DNA from: Candidatus Chromulinivoraceae bacterium
Lineage (GTDB): Bacteria; Babelota; Babeliae; Babelales; Chromulinivoraceae
DNA length: 64,000 bases
Direction of reading: 5' to 3'
NCBI GenBank assembly: GCA_031972395.1
Contig: DALYET010000002.1
Coordinates: forward strand, 33,561-97,560
Shown: piece by piece, positions 1-11,102 of the stretch
Position numbering within the stretch: the stretch's first letter is position 1
Layout: each line of letters starts with the position of its first letter
Position numbers and translations under genes: made by a program
Notes under the pieces: generated by a model
Told to the model about the DNA's origin: nothing
The model's input: only the letters and a program-made list of their open reading frames with translations
Databases searched by the model: none

Positions 1-323
1 TCGCCAAGTTCACAAATAACTCGACCACGTTTTACAACTGCAACCCAAAATTCAGGATTTCCTTTACCTTTACCCATACGAGTTTCTAAAGGCTTTTTAC
101 TAACAGGCTTGTCAGGAAACATTCTTAAAAAGAACTTTCCACCTTTTTTAATTTTACGAGCAACAGATACACGCAAGGCTTCAATTTGCTGCGAAGTAAT
201 CCAAGCTGGCTCCATCGCTTCAAGTCCAAATTGACCAAAATCTACAGTGCGAGCACCTTTTGACATTCCTGTCATGCGGCCACGATGTGATTTTCTAAAT
301 TTTACTTTTTTTGGCATTAACAT
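1..323 (-). CDS. rplP: 50S ribosomal protein L16 (partial; C-terminus lies outside the window)
   Basis: Reverse translation from the ATG at 323 gives [52 protein letters not shown]...[20 protein letters not shown], a typical L16. It sits after rpsC in S10 operon order. Confidence 0.93.
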   Translation of the reverse strand, partial: MLMPKKVKFRKSHRGRMTGMSKGARTVDFGQFGLEAMEPAWITSQQIEALRVSVARKIKKGGKFFLRMFPDKPVSKKPLETRMGKGKGNPEFWVAVVKRGRVICELG

Positions 324-341
324 GGCTTTAATCTTTCTGCT

Positions 342-986
342 TTATTTTGTTTGATATTCGCCAACGCAAATCCAAACTTTGACACCAATAACACCCATCA
401 CTGTTTGCGCTCGAATATAGCCATAGCTAATATTTGCACGCAATGTATGCAATGGTACAGAACCAACTCGAGACCACTCAGCACGAGCAATCTCAGCTCC
501 ATTCAAACGTCCTTTGCAACAAATTTTAATACCACGAGCTCCAGCTCTCATCGCTGAAATCGTTGCTTTTTTCATAAGCTTTTTAAAATTTGCACGCTGC
601 TCAAGTTGAGCTGCAATACTTTTTGCAACCAACACAGCATCTAATTCCGGAGTTTTAATTTCTTCAACAGAAATATCAACGCCACTAACGTGTAGCTTTT
701 CTGCTAAAACTTTTCTTAAAACATCAACTTCTTGGCCTTTTTTGCCAATGACCAGTCCCGGACGCGCAGAATGAATAATGATTTTAACCATTCCACCAGT
801 TTTTTTGATTTCAATACGAGCAACTTCTGCTTTAACAAGATTGCTTTCAAGATATTTTCGAATTACCAAATCATCTTGAAGCTCTTTGCCATACGAACCT
901 TTTGCAGTATTTCTTGGGAACCATTGAGCATCCCAATCTCTGTAAACCCCGACGCGAAATCCTATCGGATTAACCTTTTGACCCAC
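342..986 (-). CDS. rpsC: 30S ribosomal protein S3
   Basis: 214-aa ORF starting MGQKVNPIGFRVG, with KH domain and S3 C-terminal domain. Operon position is between rplV and rplP. Confidence 0.96.
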   Translation of the reverse strand: MGQKVNPIGFRVGVYRDWDAQWFPRNTAKGSYGKELQDDLVIRKYLESNLVKAEVARIEIKKTGGMVKIIIHSARPGLVIGKKGQEVDVLRKVLAEKLHVSGVDISVEEIKTPELDAVLVAKSIAAQLEQRANFKKLMKKATISAMRAGARGIKICCKGRLNGAEIARAEWSRVGSVPLHTLRANISYGYIRAQTVMGVIGVKVWICVGEYQTK

Positions 987-994
987 AAAATTTC

Positions 995-1351
995 CTATCT
1001 GTTTTTATTTTGAACTTCTGAACGTTTCAATATAATCGTCATATGACTTAATCGCTTTCTGAGCACTGCAGAACGTCCCATAGCCGAAGGCTTAAAGTAC
1101 TTGTAAGCAGGACCTTGATCAACGCGAATTTCATCAATTACTAATTCTTGAGGCGTAATGTCATCTTGTTGACATTTTGCATTTGCAATTGCAGAATCAA
1201 GCAACTTTTTAATTGGTAAAGATTTTTCCATACCATACACTTTAAGCCATCCTAAAGCATAAGCTGCATTTTTTCCACGAATTACATCAACGATTGGACG
1301 TAATTTATACGGTGATCGTTTAATATATTTTGCCGAAGCTTTAAAATTCAT
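995..1351 (-). CDS. rplV: 50S ribosomal protein L22
   Basis: 118-aa ORF with L22-like sequence (AKYIKRSPYKLRPIVDVIRGK...). Operon position is between rpsS and rpsC. Confidence 0.93.
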   Translation of the reverse strand: MNFKASAKYIKRSPYKLRPIVDVIRGKNAAYALGWLKVYGMEKSLPIKKLLDSAIANAKCQQDDITPQELVIDEIRVDQGPAYKYFKPSAMGRSAVLRKRLSHMTIILKRSEVQNKNR

Positions 1352-1416
1352 GTTCTATCCATTTATTCATCATATTATTATTTTAACAAAATGCAGTAAC
1401 AACACAAGCTTCATCA

Positions 1417-1731
1417 TTATTTTGATGAACCTGATGCCGAAGCAGGTGCTGCTGAAGCAGTGTCTGTTTTTCGCTGACCACTATGCATTTTAAATGTTCT
1501 TGTTGGTGCAAATTCACCTAAGCTATGACCAACCATGTTTTCAGTAACAAATACTTCAACAAATTTTTTGCCGTTATGAACAGCAAAGGTTAATCCTACA
1601 AATTCAGGCAAAACCAAACTTGCACGTGACCATGTTTTAATCAATTCACGCTTTGAACCTAATTTTGCTTTTGCCACTTTTTTCAAAACTGAAGGATCCA
1701 CGAATGGACCTTTTTTTGCCGATCTAGACAT
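1417..1731 (-). CDS. rpsS: 30S ribosomal protein S19
   Basis: [19 protein letters not shown]...[29 protein letters not shown] is canonical S19, here with a short Ala/Ser-rich C-terminal tail. Confidence 0.95.
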   Translation of the reverse strand: MSRSAKKGPFVDPSVLKKVAKAKLGSKRELIKTWSRASLVLPEFVGLTFAVHNGKKFVEVFVTENMVGHSLGEFAPTRTFKMHSGQRKTDTASAAPASASGSSK

Positions 1732-1754
1732 ATCTTTCTTCCATGTTTCAAACG

Positions 1755-2570
1755 CTATTTGCGTCTTTTAATAATTAAGATATCTTTTTTGCGACGAGTT
1801 CGAGTACCTTTACATCCTTTACCCCAAGGAGAAACTGGATGCGATCCTGATTTTGATCGACCTTCACCACCACCATGTGGGTGATCAACAGGGTTCATCG
1901 CCATACCACGAACCGATGGTCTAAATCCACGGTTTCGAGTTCTTCCTGCTTTACCCCAACAAATGTTTTTATAGTCAGCATTACCAAGAACGCCAACCGT
2001 TGCCCAACATTCAAGAAGCAGCATTCGAACTTCGCCTGACGGCATTTTTAAAGTTGCAAAATTATTTTCTTTTGCAATGATTTGCGCTGAAGTTCCTGCA
2101 CTACGAACAAGTTTTCCACCAGTTCCTGGTTTCATTTCAATATTATGAATAAAAAAACCAACTGGAATTTTATTAATTGGTAAACAGTTACCAATTTTTG
2201 GTTCAACATTTACACCAGAAATAACAATATCATCTTTTTTCAAAGTTTCAGGTGCTAAAATGTAACGCTTTTCGCCATTTTTATAAGCAATTAATGCAAT
2301 ATGCACGTTACGATTTGGATCATACTCAAGACCTTGAACAATTCCTTCAACGTCTCTTACAGAGCGAGTAAAATCAATAATTCTATATTTTTTTGCAGCT
2401 CCACCACCTCTATGTCGAACTGTAATTCGACCATAAGCATTTCTTCCACCTTTTCTTTTCAGACCAATCGTTAAAGATTTTAAAGGTTTTTCTGTTGAAA
2501 GATGGGAAGTATCAATAAAGGTTTGAAATCGTAAAGAAGCACTTCTTGGTTTTCTTGAAATTATTGCCAT
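1755..2570 (-). CDS. rplB: 50S ribosomal protein L2
   Basis: 271 aa with L2 signatures ([30 protein letters not shown]). Confidence 0.97.
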   Translation of the reverse strand: MAIISRKPRSASLRFQTFIDTSHLSTEKPLKSLTIGLKRKGGRNAYGRITVRHRGGGAAKKYRIIDFTRSVRDVEGIVQGLEYDPNRNVHIALIAYKNGEKRYILAPETLKKDDIVISGVNVEPKIGNCLPINKIPVGFFIHNIEMKPGTGGKLVRSAGTSAQIIAKENNFATLKMPSGEVRMLLLECWATVGVLGNADYKNICWGKAGRTRNRGFRPSVRGMAMNPVDHPHGGGEGRSKSGSHPVSPWGKGCKGTRTRRKKDILIIKRRK

Positions 2571-2579
2571 ATATCATCC

Positions 2580-2930
2580 TTACTTAGCTGCAACATGTTG
2601 AGATTGTGATGCATTTGTAGGATCCATAGATACTGGAGCATCTGTAAACAGATTCATATCTTGACCCTTTTTCAATGTAATGATTGCTATTTTTCGCAAT
2701 TTATCAACGCTTTCATTTCTTGTTTTTGAAATTTTACGTTTTCCTTTGCGAACCATTACGCTCACAGACTCAACTTCAACATTAAATAATTTATACATAG
2801 CTTCTGCGATCAAAGGTTTATTTGATTGCGGATGCACTTCAAGAGTAATTTTTTTCAAAGTTTGATGCAAACGATATGCTTTATTTGAAACAATCGGACC
2901 AACAATGATATCGTAGATACTTAATTCCAT
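2580..2930 (-). CDS. rplW: 50S ribosomal protein L23
   Basis: 116-aa ORF between rplD and rplB with L23-like core ([16 protein letters not shown]..., [10 protein letters not shown]). Confidence 0.9.
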   Translation of the reverse strand: MELSIYDIIVGPIVSNKAYRLHQTLKKITLEVHPQSNKPLIAEAMYKLFNVEVESVSVMVRKGKRKISKTRNESVDKLRKIAIITLKKGQDMNLFTDAPVSMDPTNASQSQHVAAK

Positions 2931-3577
2931 TTTGCCACCATTTCTTTAAACAGGCTTTCATCTTTTTTCAACACTACGACACAATTGCCCAAAGACAATT
3001 CGTACGCATTTGCATCATCAAAACTCACCACGTGAACATTTTTTAAATTATTCACTGAAGCCCAATGAGTGTAATCTTGACGATTTAAAAACATAACAAT
3101 TTTTTTATCACTCAAACCTACACTGCCAAAAGCCTTTGAAACTGCAGAAGTTGATGGCTTTTCTAAATTAAGCATCCAATCAAACATATACAATGTTCCA
3201 GCTTGTGCATAATCTGCCAAACAAGCCGCAAGAACTTGATCTTTATTTTGTTTATTTATTTTTAAAGTTCTAACGCGTGGCTGTGGTCCAAAAAGAACAC
3301 CCCCACTTCTCCATAACGGAGAACGTGCACTTCCTGCACGAGCGCGACCAGTACCTTTTTGCTTCCATGGTTTTTTATTTGAAAACGAAACTTCTCCGCG
3401 AGTTTTGCATCCAACCGTACCTTGACGCCAATTTTGCATCAATGCACGAATCCAAACTGCATAACTAACATCAGTCAAACAAGTTTCTTTAATTCCTAAA
3501 TCTTGCACAGACATTGAAGTTAAAAGATTTGCTGACGCATTTGTGTTTTTTGTATTTGTTTTTACTTGTTTATTCAT
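2921..3577 (-). CDS. rplD: 50S ribosomal protein L4
   Basis: 218 aa with the L4 motif [31 protein letters not shown]. Operon position fits. Confidence 0.95.
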   Translation of the reverse strand: MNKQVKTNTKNTNASANLLTSMSVQDLGIKETCLTDVSYAVWIRALMQNWRQGTVGCKTRGEVSFSNKKPWKQKGTGRARAGSARSPLWRSGGVLFGPQPRVRTLKINKQNKDQVLAACLADYAQAGTLYMFDWMLNLEKPSTSAVSKAFGSVGLSDKKIVMFLNRQDYTHWASVNNLKNVHVVSFDDANAYELSLGNCVVVLKKDESLFKEMVAKWN

Positions 3578-3580
3578 GCC

Positions 3581-4204
3581 TTACCCATTCTTGCGAACGT
3601 AAACCAAAGATCCAGGTTTTCCAGCCATTGCACCTTTAATCAAAACAAGATTATTTTGTGCATTAACTTGAACAACTTCTAAATTTTTTACAGTTTTGCG
3701 AGTTACACCCATATGACCAGCCATTCTTTTTCCTTTAATGACTTTTCCTTGAGAACGCATGAAACTAATACTTCCCGGTCGTCGTCCCATCATGGATCCA
3801 TGACTGTTTACACCACCAGCAAAATTATGTCGGCGCATGACACCTGCAAAACCACAACCTTTTGTTGTTCCTACAACATCAACTTGATCTTGAGGCTTTA
3901 CAACCATTGAAAAATCAAATGGTTGACCAACAACAATATTTTCTAAATCTTGCGTTACAGCAATCTCTTTAACCCAACGAAAATGTTTGGATTTTTGTTG
4001 AAGCCATTCCTGTTGGAATACTTTTCCCTGGTATTTTTCACGCACATATGCAACTTGAACAGCAACGTACCCATCTTTATCAACTGACTTAATTTGAGTT
4101 ACGTACCATCCTGAAGCATCAACAGCTGTGACTGGAACAACTTTATTGTCTCCAGCAAATACTTGGGTCATTCCGACTTTGCGGCCCCAAAAACCATTAA
4201 CCAT
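3581..4204 (-). CDS. rplC: 50S ribosomal protein L3
   Basis: 207 aa; GFWGRKVGMTQVF..., KGCGFAGVMRRHNFAGG and GSLVYVRK are typical L3. Confidence 0.96.
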   Translation of the reverse strand: MVNGFWGRKVGMTQVFAGDNKVVPVTAVDASGWYVTQIKSVDKDGYVAVQVAYVREKYQGKVFQQEWLQQKSKHFRWVKEIAVTQDLENIVVGQPFDFSMVVKPQDQVDVVGTTKGCGFAGVMRRHNFAGGVNSHGSMMGRRPGSISFMRSQGKVIKGKRMAGHMGVTRKTVKNLEVVQVNAQNNLVLIKGAMAGKPGSLVYVRKNG

Positions 4205-4218
4205 AAAAACCCTTTGTT

Positions 4219-4524
4219 TTACTTAATTTCAACATCAACACCAGCAGAGATATTTAACTTCATCAACGCTGCCATTGTTTGGTCTGACGGTGAAATCATT
4301 TCTAAAATCCGCTTGTGTGTTATAATTTCAAACTGCTCTCTCGATTTTTTATCGATATGCGGAGATCGCAATACTGTAAAACATCGTTTTTTATTAGGCA
4401 AAGGAACAGGACCGACAAGATCGGTTCCTGTTTTTTTAGCCGTCATCGCGATTTCTTTTACAGCTTTATCTAGTAATTGATGATCGTAAGATTTTAGTGT
4501 TAGTCTTATTTTCTGTTTTTTCAT
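4219..4524 (-). CDS. rpsJ: 30S ribosomal protein S10
   Basis: 101 aa; [15 protein letters not shown]...[30 protein letters not shown] is canonical S10. Confidence 0.96.
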   Translation of the reverse strand: MKKQKIRLTLKSYDHQLLDKAVKEIAMTAKKTGTDLVGPVPLPNKKRCFTVLRSPHIDKKSREQFEIITHKRILEMISPSDQTMAALMKLNISAGVDVEIK

Positions 4525-4539
4525 CTAACATCCCATCAA

Positions 4540-5733
4540 TTAATCAAGAATTTCTGTAACAATTCCAGATCCAACAGTTCTTCCACCTTCTCTGATTGCA
4601 AATCGCAAATCTTTTTCCATCGCAATTGGAGCAATCAATTCCATTTCAAGAACTAAGTTATCACCTGGCATAACCATTTCACGATCTGCTGGAAGTTTTA
4701 CAACTCCTGTAACGTCAGTCGTTCTGAAATAAAACTGAGGACGATATCCATTAAAGAATGCGCTGTGGCGTCCACCTTCTTCTTTAGATAAAATATAAAC
4801 TTGTCCTTTGAATTTTTTATGTGGCGCAATTGAACCCGGTTTTGCTAAAACTTGTCCACGTACAACATCTTCTTTTTTCAAACCACGAAGAAGCAATCCA
4901 GCGTTATCACCAGCTTGACCTTCATCAAGATTTTTTCTAAACATTTCAATACCAGTAACTGTTGTGCTTAATGGTTTTTCATTCAAACCAACAAGTTGGA
5001 CAGCATCACCAATTTTGATACGACCTTTTTCAATTCTGCCTGTCGCAACAGTACCACGACCTTCAATTGAGAAAACACCTTCAACTGGCATCAAGAATGG
5101 TTTATCAACATCACGTTTTGGAAGTGGAATGTAACTATCAACAGCTTCCATCAATTTACGAATTGAAGGAGCGCCCAATTCACTTTCATCGCCTTGCAAC
5201 GCTTTTAACGCTGAACCACGAACAACAGGAATTGCATCGCCAGGGAAATCATATTTTTTCAAAAGATCTCTGATTTCTTCTTCCACCATGTCAACCATTT
5301 CTGCATCATCAACCATGTCAACTTTGTTCAAGAAAACAACCAATGATGGAACGTTAACGTTTTTTGCAAGCAAAATATGTTCACGAGTTTGAGGCATAGG
5401 ACCATCTGCTGCTGATACAACAAGAATTGCACCATCCATTTGAGCAGCACCTGTAATCATATTTTTCACATAGTCAGCGTGACCAGGACAGTCAACGTGA
5501 GCATAGTGACGATTTGCTGTTTCATATTCAACGTGTGAAGTAGCAATGGTAATACCACGTGCTTTTTCTTCTGGTGCGTTGTCAATTTCATCGAATTTTT
5601 TTGCAACTGCGCCACCTGTTTTTGCCAAAACAGTTGTAATTGCTGCAGTCAATGTAGTTTTACCGTGATCAACGTGACCAATAGTCCCTACGTTGACGTG
5701 CGGTTTACTACGAACATATGTATCTTTTGCCAT
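4540..5733 (-). CDS. tuf: elongation factor Tu
   Basis: [28 protein letters not shown]..., DCPGHADY and NKVD GTPase motifs. Start taken at the ATG at 5733, preceded by AGGAG; the ORF-track start at 5751 adds 6 unlikely residues. Confidence 0.97.
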   Translation of the reverse strand: MAKDTYVRSKPHVNVGTIGHVDHGKTTLTAAITTVLAKTGGAVAKKFDEIDNAPEEKARGITIATSHVEYETANRHYAHVDCPGHADYVKNMITGAAQMDGAILVVSAADGPMPQTREHILLAKNVNVPSLVVFLNKVDMVDDAEMVDMVEEEIRDLLKKYDFPGDAIPVVRGSALKALQGDESELGAPSIRKLMEAVDSYIPLPKRDVDKPFLMPVEGVFSIEGRGTVATGRIEKGRIKIGDAVQLVGLNEKPLSTTVTGIEMFRKNLDEGQAGDNAGLLLRGLKKEDVVRGQVLAKPGSIAPHKKFKGQVYILSKEEGGRHSAFFNGYRPQFYFRTTDVTGVVKLPADREMVMPGDNLVLEMELIAPIAMEKDLRFAIREGGRTVGSGIVTEILD

Positions 5734-5780
5734 AATTTCTCCTGAACACACTTTAATTAGTTAAGCTAAATTAAACCTAT

Positions 5781-7859
5781 TTATTTTTTTGCTGTCACAA
5801 CTTCTTCTTGAATTGACTTTGGAGCTTCACGATAACATTCAAATTCCATGGTATAGCTTGCGCGACCTTTGGTCATTGAACGTAATTCCGTTGCATATCC
5901 AAACATATTTCCAAGAGGAACTTCTGCTTTTACAATTTGCGCAACACCCTTTGTCTCCATTCCAAGAATTCTGCCACGTCGTGAGTTTAAATCACCCATA
6001 ACATCACCCATATACTCGTCAGGAGTATTCACTTCGACTTTCATAATTGGCTCTAAAAGAACCGGCGACGCTTGAGTCATTCCATCGCGAAACGCCATTT
6101 TTGCAGCCATTTTAAATGCGATCTCCGAAGAATCAACATCATGATATGAACCATCAAAAACCGTAACACGCAAATCAACTACTTGGCTTCCTGTCAAAAC
6201 TCCAGTCTTGATAGCTTCGTCCATTCCTTTTTCAACAGCAGGAATATATTCTCTTGGAATAGTTCCACCAACAACTCCATTTACAAATTCATATCCGGCA
6301 CCACGATCAAGCGGTTCAAGTTTCAACCAAACGTGTCCATATTGACCACGACCACCTGATTGCTTAATAAACTTACCTTCAATTTCAACAGGTCGCTGAA
6401 TGGTTTCTTTGTACGCGACTTGAAGTTTACCTTGCACCACTTCTACTTTGTGTTCACGTTTTAAACGATCAACAACAATTTCAAGGTGCAATTCACCCAT
6501 TCCAGCAATTTCTGTTTGGCCTGTTTCATGATTGTAAGTAAAATTAAATGATGGATCTTCTTGATTCATTTTCTTTAAAGACAACACCATTTTCTCATAA
6601 TCAGCTTTTGATTTTGGTTCAATAGAAGATGATATAACTGGCGCTGGAATATCAATCGACTCAAGAAGCACTGGATGACCTTCATCACACAATGTATCTC
6701 CAGTGTTAACATCTTTAATTCCAACAACCGCAATAATATCACCCGCTGAAGCTTCTTTAACTTCTTCTCGTTTGTTTGCATGCATTCGAACCAAACGACT
6801 TACACGTTCTTTTGTTTGCTTTGAAGCATTGTACACATATGATCCTGATTTTAATTCACCAGAATAAATACGAGTAAATGTTAACGCTCCAACAAAAGGA
6901 TCTGTCATAATTTTAAATGCTAAAGCTGAAAAAGGTGCTTTGCTTGAAGATGGACGCTCTACTTCTGCGCCTGTTTTTACATCAATTCCTTTGATAGCAG
7001 GAACATCTAGCGGAGAAGGTAAATAATCCACAACAGCATCCAGGAGTAATTGAACACCTTTGTTTTTAAAAGCTGAACCACAAAAAGCTGGAAACAGTTG
7101 ACGCTTTGCAACACCCTTACGAATAGCTCGCTTCAAATCTTCATTAGTAAACGGCTGTTCATTTAAATATTTTTCACCCAAAACATCATCAAAGTCACAC
7201 GCTTTTTCTGCGATTCTTGCATAAGCTTCTTTAATTTGCTCTGCATATTCTGCAGGAGCGTCTTCAAACTTAACTTCTTTTGCAAGATCTTTATCATCAT
7301 TAAAAAAGCGGACCATTTTGCCTGTTAAGACATCAATGATACCACTAAAATCCTCTGAATCTCCAATTTGAATTTGCATTTCTACAGCACGACCACCAGC
7401 CAATTTTTCATTAATATCAGCAATCGTATCTTTAAAGCTTGCGCCAATACGATCAAGTTTATTAACAAAAATAATTGCAGGAACATCGTATCTATTTGCT
7501 TGATTCCAAACTGTTTCAGATTGCGGCTGCACTCCAGCAACACCACAAAAAACACTAACAACTCCATCAAGCACACGCAAAGAACGACCAACTTCGATCG
7601 TAAAATCTACGTGACCAGGAGTGTCAATAATATTAATTTGGCAATTTTTCCAAAAACAAGTTGTTGCCGCAGATTGAATAGTAATTCCGCGCTCTTGCTC
7701 TTGCTCCATCCAATCCATAACCGCAGCACCTTCATGAACTTCACCAATTTTATGTGAAATTCCGGTGTAAAATAAAATACGCTCGGTTACGGTTGTTTTT
7801 CCAGCGTCAATATGAGCTGCAATACCTATATTTCGATATTTGTCTAATGTATAACTCAT
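5781..7859 (-). CDS. fusA: elongation factor G
   Basis: 692 aa with [23 protein letters not shown] and NKLD. Sits between rpsG and tuf. Confidence 0.97.
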   Translation of the reverse strand: MSYTLDKYRNIGIAAHIDAGKTTVTERILFYTGISHKIGEVHEGAAVMDWMEQEQERGITIQSAATTCFWKNCQINIIDTPGHVDFTIEVGRSLRVLDGVVSVFCGVAGVQPQSETVWNQANRYDVPAIIFVNKLDRIGASFKDTIADINEKLAGGRAVEMQIQIGDSEDFSGIIDVLTGKMVRFFNDDKDLAKEVKFEDAPAEYAEQIKEAYARIAEKACDFDDVLGEKYLNEQPFTNEDLKRAIRKGVAKRQLFPAFCGSAFKNKGVQLLLDAVVDYLPSPLDVPAIKGIDVKTGAEVERPSSSKAPFSALAFKIMTDPFVGALTFTRIYSGELKSGSYVYNASKQTKERVSRLVRMHANKREEVKEASAGDIIAVVGIKDVNTGDTLCDEGHPVLLESIDIPAPVISSSIEPKSKADYEKMVLSLKKMNQEDPSFNFTYNHETGQTEIAGMGELHLEIVVDRLKREHKVEVVQGKLQVAYKETIQRPVEIEGKFIKQSGGRGQYGHVWLKLEPLDRGAGYEFVNGVVGGTIPREYIPAVEKGMDEAIKTGVLTGSQVVDLRVTVFDGSYHDVDSSEIAFKMAAKMAFRDGMTQASPVLLEPIMKVEVNTPDEYMGDVMGDLNSRRGRILGMETKGVAQIVKAEVPLGNMFGYATELRSMTKGRASYTMEFECYREAPKSIQEEVVTAKK

Positions 7860-7865
7860 ACTATC

Positions 7866-8345
7866 CTACCACGCAAAGTGAGAGAAAGCTCTGTTTGCTT
7901 CTGCCATTTTATGAACATCAAGTTTCTTCTTAAATGCACCACCACGCTCTTCAATTGCATCCAAAATTTCACTTCCAATGCGAAGACCCATGGTTTTATC
8001 AGGACGTTCTGATGCTGCATCAATCAACCAACGCAAAGCTAATGAACGACCACGGCCTTCACCCACTTCTCTTGGAATTTGATACACAGAACCACCAACA
8101 CGGCGAGAACGAACTTCAATGATTGGCATAATGTTGTTGTAACCTTTGTAAAACACAGAAAGTGCTTTTTCTTTGGTGCCATATTTTTTTTCAAGCATCT
8201 CTAATGCTTCATACACAATTTTGCGAGCAACGGTTTTTTTACCACGCCACATAACAATATTGATAAATCTTTGAATCAACTCTGAATTGTAAACAGGATC
8301 AACTTTGATCACACGTTTTACGAGTTCTTTTTTCTTTCTAGGCAT
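7866..8345 (-). CDS. rpsG: 30S ribosomal protein S7
   Basis: MPRKKKELVKRVIKVDPVYNS... and the C-terminus AEANRAFSHFAW are typical S7. ATG at 8345; the ORF-track start at 8354 is an upstream GTG. Confidence 0.95.
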   Translation of the reverse strand: MPRKKKELVKRVIKVDPVYNSELIQRFINIVMWRGKKTVARKIVYEALEMLEKKYGTKEKALSVFYKGYNNIMPIIEVRSRRVGGSVYQIPREVGEGRGRSLALRWLIDAASERPDKTMGLRIGSEILDAIEERGGAFKKKLDVHKMAEANRAFSHFAW

Positions 8346-8359
8346 AGTCTGCACATCCT

Positions 8360-8737
8360 TTAAGAAGCTTTAGGCTTTTTAGCGCCATACAATGAACGAG
8401 ATTGCTTTCTTCCTTCTACACCAGCTGAATCAAGTGTTCCACGAACAATGTGATACTTAACACCCGGCAAATCTTTTACACGACCACCACGCACAAGAAC
8501 CATTGAGTGCTCTTGTAAATTATGGCCTTCACCAGGGATATATGCTGTGATTTCTACTCCATTTGAAAGTTTTACCCTTGCAACTTTTCGAAGCGCAGAG
8601 TTTGGCTTTTTAGGAGTTGTTGTGAACACGCGTGTACAAACGCCACGCACTTGTGGACATTGTTTTAACGCACCGCTTTTAGTCTTATTTGCGACTTTTT
8701 TACGGCCTGAACGAACGAGCTGATTAATTGTAGGCAT
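8360..8737 (-). CDS. rpsL: 30S ribosomal protein S12
   Basis: [14 protein letters not shown]...[21 protein letters not shown] is canonical S12. Start taken at the ATG at 8737. Confidence 0.96.
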   Translation of the reverse strand: MPTINQLVRSGRKKVANKTKSGALKQCPQVRGVCTRVFTTTPKKPNSALRKVARVKLSNGVEITAYIPGEGHNLQEHSMVLVRGGRVKDLPGVKYHIVRGTLDSAGVEGRKQSRSLYGAKKPKAS

Positions 8738-8999
8738 TATAGAAACCTTATTATTATAACAACACAAGTTATAGTAACTAAATTAAGAAGATTTTGCACC
8801 GCTTTAGTAGATTGTGTAGATCATAAAAATGATTTTACCAATAAACTTTTTGCATATTTCAAGTATAGACTCTTTGCAACTTTTTTCAAGAAAATTCAAA
8901 AAAGCCTCTTAGAATAATCATAATCTTGACAATTAGCCATAGACTTGTTGGTTGCAACATGCTACTTTATTTTCATATTTTTTTTGAAAATTTTAACGT

Positions 9000-9743
9000 A
9001 TGAGGACACCTCCAATGCTTCCTATTGCTGCCATTTTAACTCAAATTTCATCAATTCTTGCAAGCCTTCTTGGGATTTCTTTTATCATCGTTTTTCATGA
9101 ATTCGGACACTATATTTTTTGCAAAATTTTTAATGTTTATACCCCAACCTTTTCCATTGGAATTGGAAAAATTTTATGTTCTAAAAAAATAGGTGACACT
9201 AATTTTTGCATTTCTGCCGGTCCGATTGGTGGTTATGTTGAAGTTGCAAGCGAAAGTGGCATCAACGGCTCAGTAGGATTTAATCAAATTCCATACTATC
9301 AAAAAGTCTTAATCATGCTTGGCGGCATTTTATTTAATTTCATACTATCTTATTTTATTTTTGTTGGACTTTTTTTTACCGGCATGCCTGAATCTGCTGC
9401 CGGCCCTTACGAACCAAGCACCGTTCAAATTGCAAAAATTGAACCAAGCTCAATCAATGCTGACCGCTTACAATCCGGCGATGAACTAATCAGCTTAAAC
9501 CATCAAGAACTTCATGGAAATTTAGCAACTGCTCGAAAAATTATCGTCACTCAAGCATTGACCGGCACCCCATCAATTTCTGCCGAAATTTTACGCGATG
9601 GAGCTTTGCGTCAAGTTGAACTTACTTTAAAAGGTACATCAACACCTCCATCATTTTCAACCGCCACTGCCATTTTTATCCTCAGTTACCATGGCATACA
9701 AAGCTGTTGTTTTTTACATTCAAGCGATTGCTTCCGGACTTAA
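9000..9743 (+). CDS. rseP: RIP (site-2) zinc metalloprotease RseP, N-terminal fragment with HExxH and PDZ; reading frame breaks near 9672-9677
   Basis: HEFGHYIFCKIF (M50 HExxH motif inside a TM helix) and a PDZ-like segment (IAKIEPSSINADRLQSGDELISLN). The C-terminal 20-25 residues look out of frame. Confidence 0.85.
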   Translation: MRTPPMLPIAAILTQISSILASLLGISFIIVFHEFGHYIFCKIFNVYTPTFSIGIGKILCSKKIGDTNFCISAGPIGGYVEVASESGINGSVGFNQIPYYQKVLIMLGGILFNFILSYFIFVGLFFTGMPESAAGPYEPSTVQIAKIEPSSINADRLQSGDELISLNHQELHGNLATARKIIVTQALTGTPSISAEILRDGALRQVELTLKGTSTPPSFSTATAIFILSYHGIQSCCFLHSSDCFRT

Positions 9744-10065
9744 AGAAATGATAAGCGCTCGAAGCGCTCATGGATTTGTTGGTCCTGTTATGGCTGTTGC
9801 AGCAAGCAGCAAAAGCGCTCAAAAAGGCGCAAGTTCACTGCTTTTTTTACTTGCAATCATTAGTATCAATTTAGGTTTTATGAATTTACTGCCACTTCCT
9901 ATTTTTGATGGCGGCCAATTTGTCATCTTTACGACTGAAACGATTTTACGCCGTGAACTTTCTGAAAGAATTCGTCATATGATTGGCGTTAGTTCATGGG
10001 CACTGGCTATTGGACTTTTAGTAATTTTTACGATTAAAGATTTGTATACCTTAATTTGTCATTAA
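9691..10065 (+). CDS. rseP: RseP C-terminal fragment (+1 frame relative to 9000..9743)
   Basis: GPVMAVAASSK...ISINLGFMNLLPLPIFDGGQFV is the conserved M50 C-terminal NxxPxPxLDGG region. This frame is open from 9631. Confidence 0.85.
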   Translation: MAYKAVVFYIQAIASGLKEMISARSAHGFVGPVMAVAASSKSAQKGASSLLFLLAIISINLGFMNLLPLPIFDGGQFVIFTTETILRRELSERIRHMIGVSSWALAIGLLVIFTIKDLYTLICH

Positions 10066-10084
10066 AAGTTTGTCAGGAATTTAT

Positions 10085-10513
10085 ATGAAATTTAAAAAAA
10101 TGATCATGTACGGCCTGATTTTATTAACCAACAATTACAGCATGAGTGACTTTTTTAGAAATTTAAAAATTTTTAATTGCTGTTTTCCTGCTATTGCGAC
10201 TGCATCTGAAATGCGATGGAACAAGCAAGCTTTTGATCAAAAAAAAGACCAACGTTTAACGCAATATCAAGACCGTTTAAACACATCAAGAACCATGATT
10301 ATTACAGGATTAACGTTAGTCAACGCAAAACTCAATTATGATTTTTACCTAAAACGTAAAGTTGCAGGAGGAAGCGTAGGAGGCAATATAGCTACCGGTG
10401 TTTTACAACTTGGAATTTGCACCGCAGCATCAACACTTGGGTACAGTATTCTTAGCGGTGAATATTATCAAGAATGGAAAGCATTACGCACAGAAAAACT
10501 CAAAAATGAATAA
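10085..10513 (+). CDS. hypothetical membrane protein (Gly-rich hydrophobic C-terminal segment)
   Basis: ATG at 10085 preceded by AGGA. Hydrophobic N-terminus (MKFKKMIMYGLILL) and the segment VAGGSVGGNIATGVLQLGICTAASTLGYSIL. No family recognised. Confidence 0.55.
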   Translation: MKFKKMIMYGLILLTNNYSMSDFFRNLKIFNCCFPAIATASEMRWNKQAFDQKKDQRLTQYQDRLNTSRTMIITGLTLVNAKLNYDFYLKRKVAGGSVGGNIATGVLQLGICTAASTLGYSILSGEYYQEWKALRTEKLKNE

Positions 10514-10560
10514 TTAATGATGCATTTTTACATTAAAAAAATTGAACAAGGAGAACATTC

Positions 10561-10857
10561 ATGAATTTTAAAAATATATGGCTTTTTGCGATACTGATTA
10601 CTTTGTGCCATGCTTCTTTCATACACAGTTCAGATGCAGCAGAATCAACTGATTCAGGCTCAGACCTATCTTTAAGCTTTCAAGAACCTGAAGTAACATC
10701 TGCCGACACAAAAAACTTTATCCAAAACATTTTCCAAAAACAATCTTTGGGTGCAATTATTGCAGCTCATGAAACAGCATCATGGATATTGTCTGACGGC
10801 ATAAAACACGGAGCTTATAAAAAAATAACTTTTGAAAAGATAACGAATCATCCTTAG
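10561..10857 (+). CDS. hypothetical exported protein; probably the N-terminal part of a longer frameshifted gene
   Basis: Signal peptide MNFKNIWLFAILITLCHASFIHS preceded by GGAGAA. The ORF ends at TAG 10855-10857, while the adjacent frame is already open from 10836. Confidence 0.6.
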   Translation: MNFKNIWLFAILITLCHASFIHSSDAAESTDSGSDLSLSFQEPEVTSADTKNFIQNIFQKQSLGAIIAAHETASWILSDGIKHGAYKKITFEKITNHP

Positions 10858-11102
10858 AAGTAAAGAATAAAATTCAACTGTATCATGATTCAACCGAAGA
10901 TGAAAATGATCTTAATAAACCAAAAGAACTGATTGATTTTTACAATCAACCCATAGAACACCCTGCAATTTGCGAAAATGAAATTTTAGAATTAATCGCA
11001 CAATCTGATTGCAAACCTGAAAATCGCCAACCCCTTCTAAAAATACTTTTAGGCCAACAACAAGGAATAATTTTTTGTTGCAGATCAATACACACCAGAA
11101 TC

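Noticed and set aside
7368-7757. 129-aa ORF antisense to fusA, plus many similar 60-100-aa ORF-track entries inside or antisense to ribosomal, tuf, rpoB, rpoC and pnp genes (e.g. 351..557, 732..1013, 4163..4480, 38578..39081, 47548..47811).
   Set aside because: They lie wholly within strongly supported conserved genes on the other strand or frame, have low-complexity or odd composition and no SD, and are the stop-poor alternative frames expected in AT-rich DNA.
8768-8999. Divergent promoter region between rpsL and rseP (candidate hexamers such as TTGACA at 8926-8931 and TTGCAA-N18-TATTTT near 8952-8981).
   Set aside because: Several AT-rich hexamer combinations fit equally poorly or equally well. 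Without transcript data I cannot support a specific promoter call.
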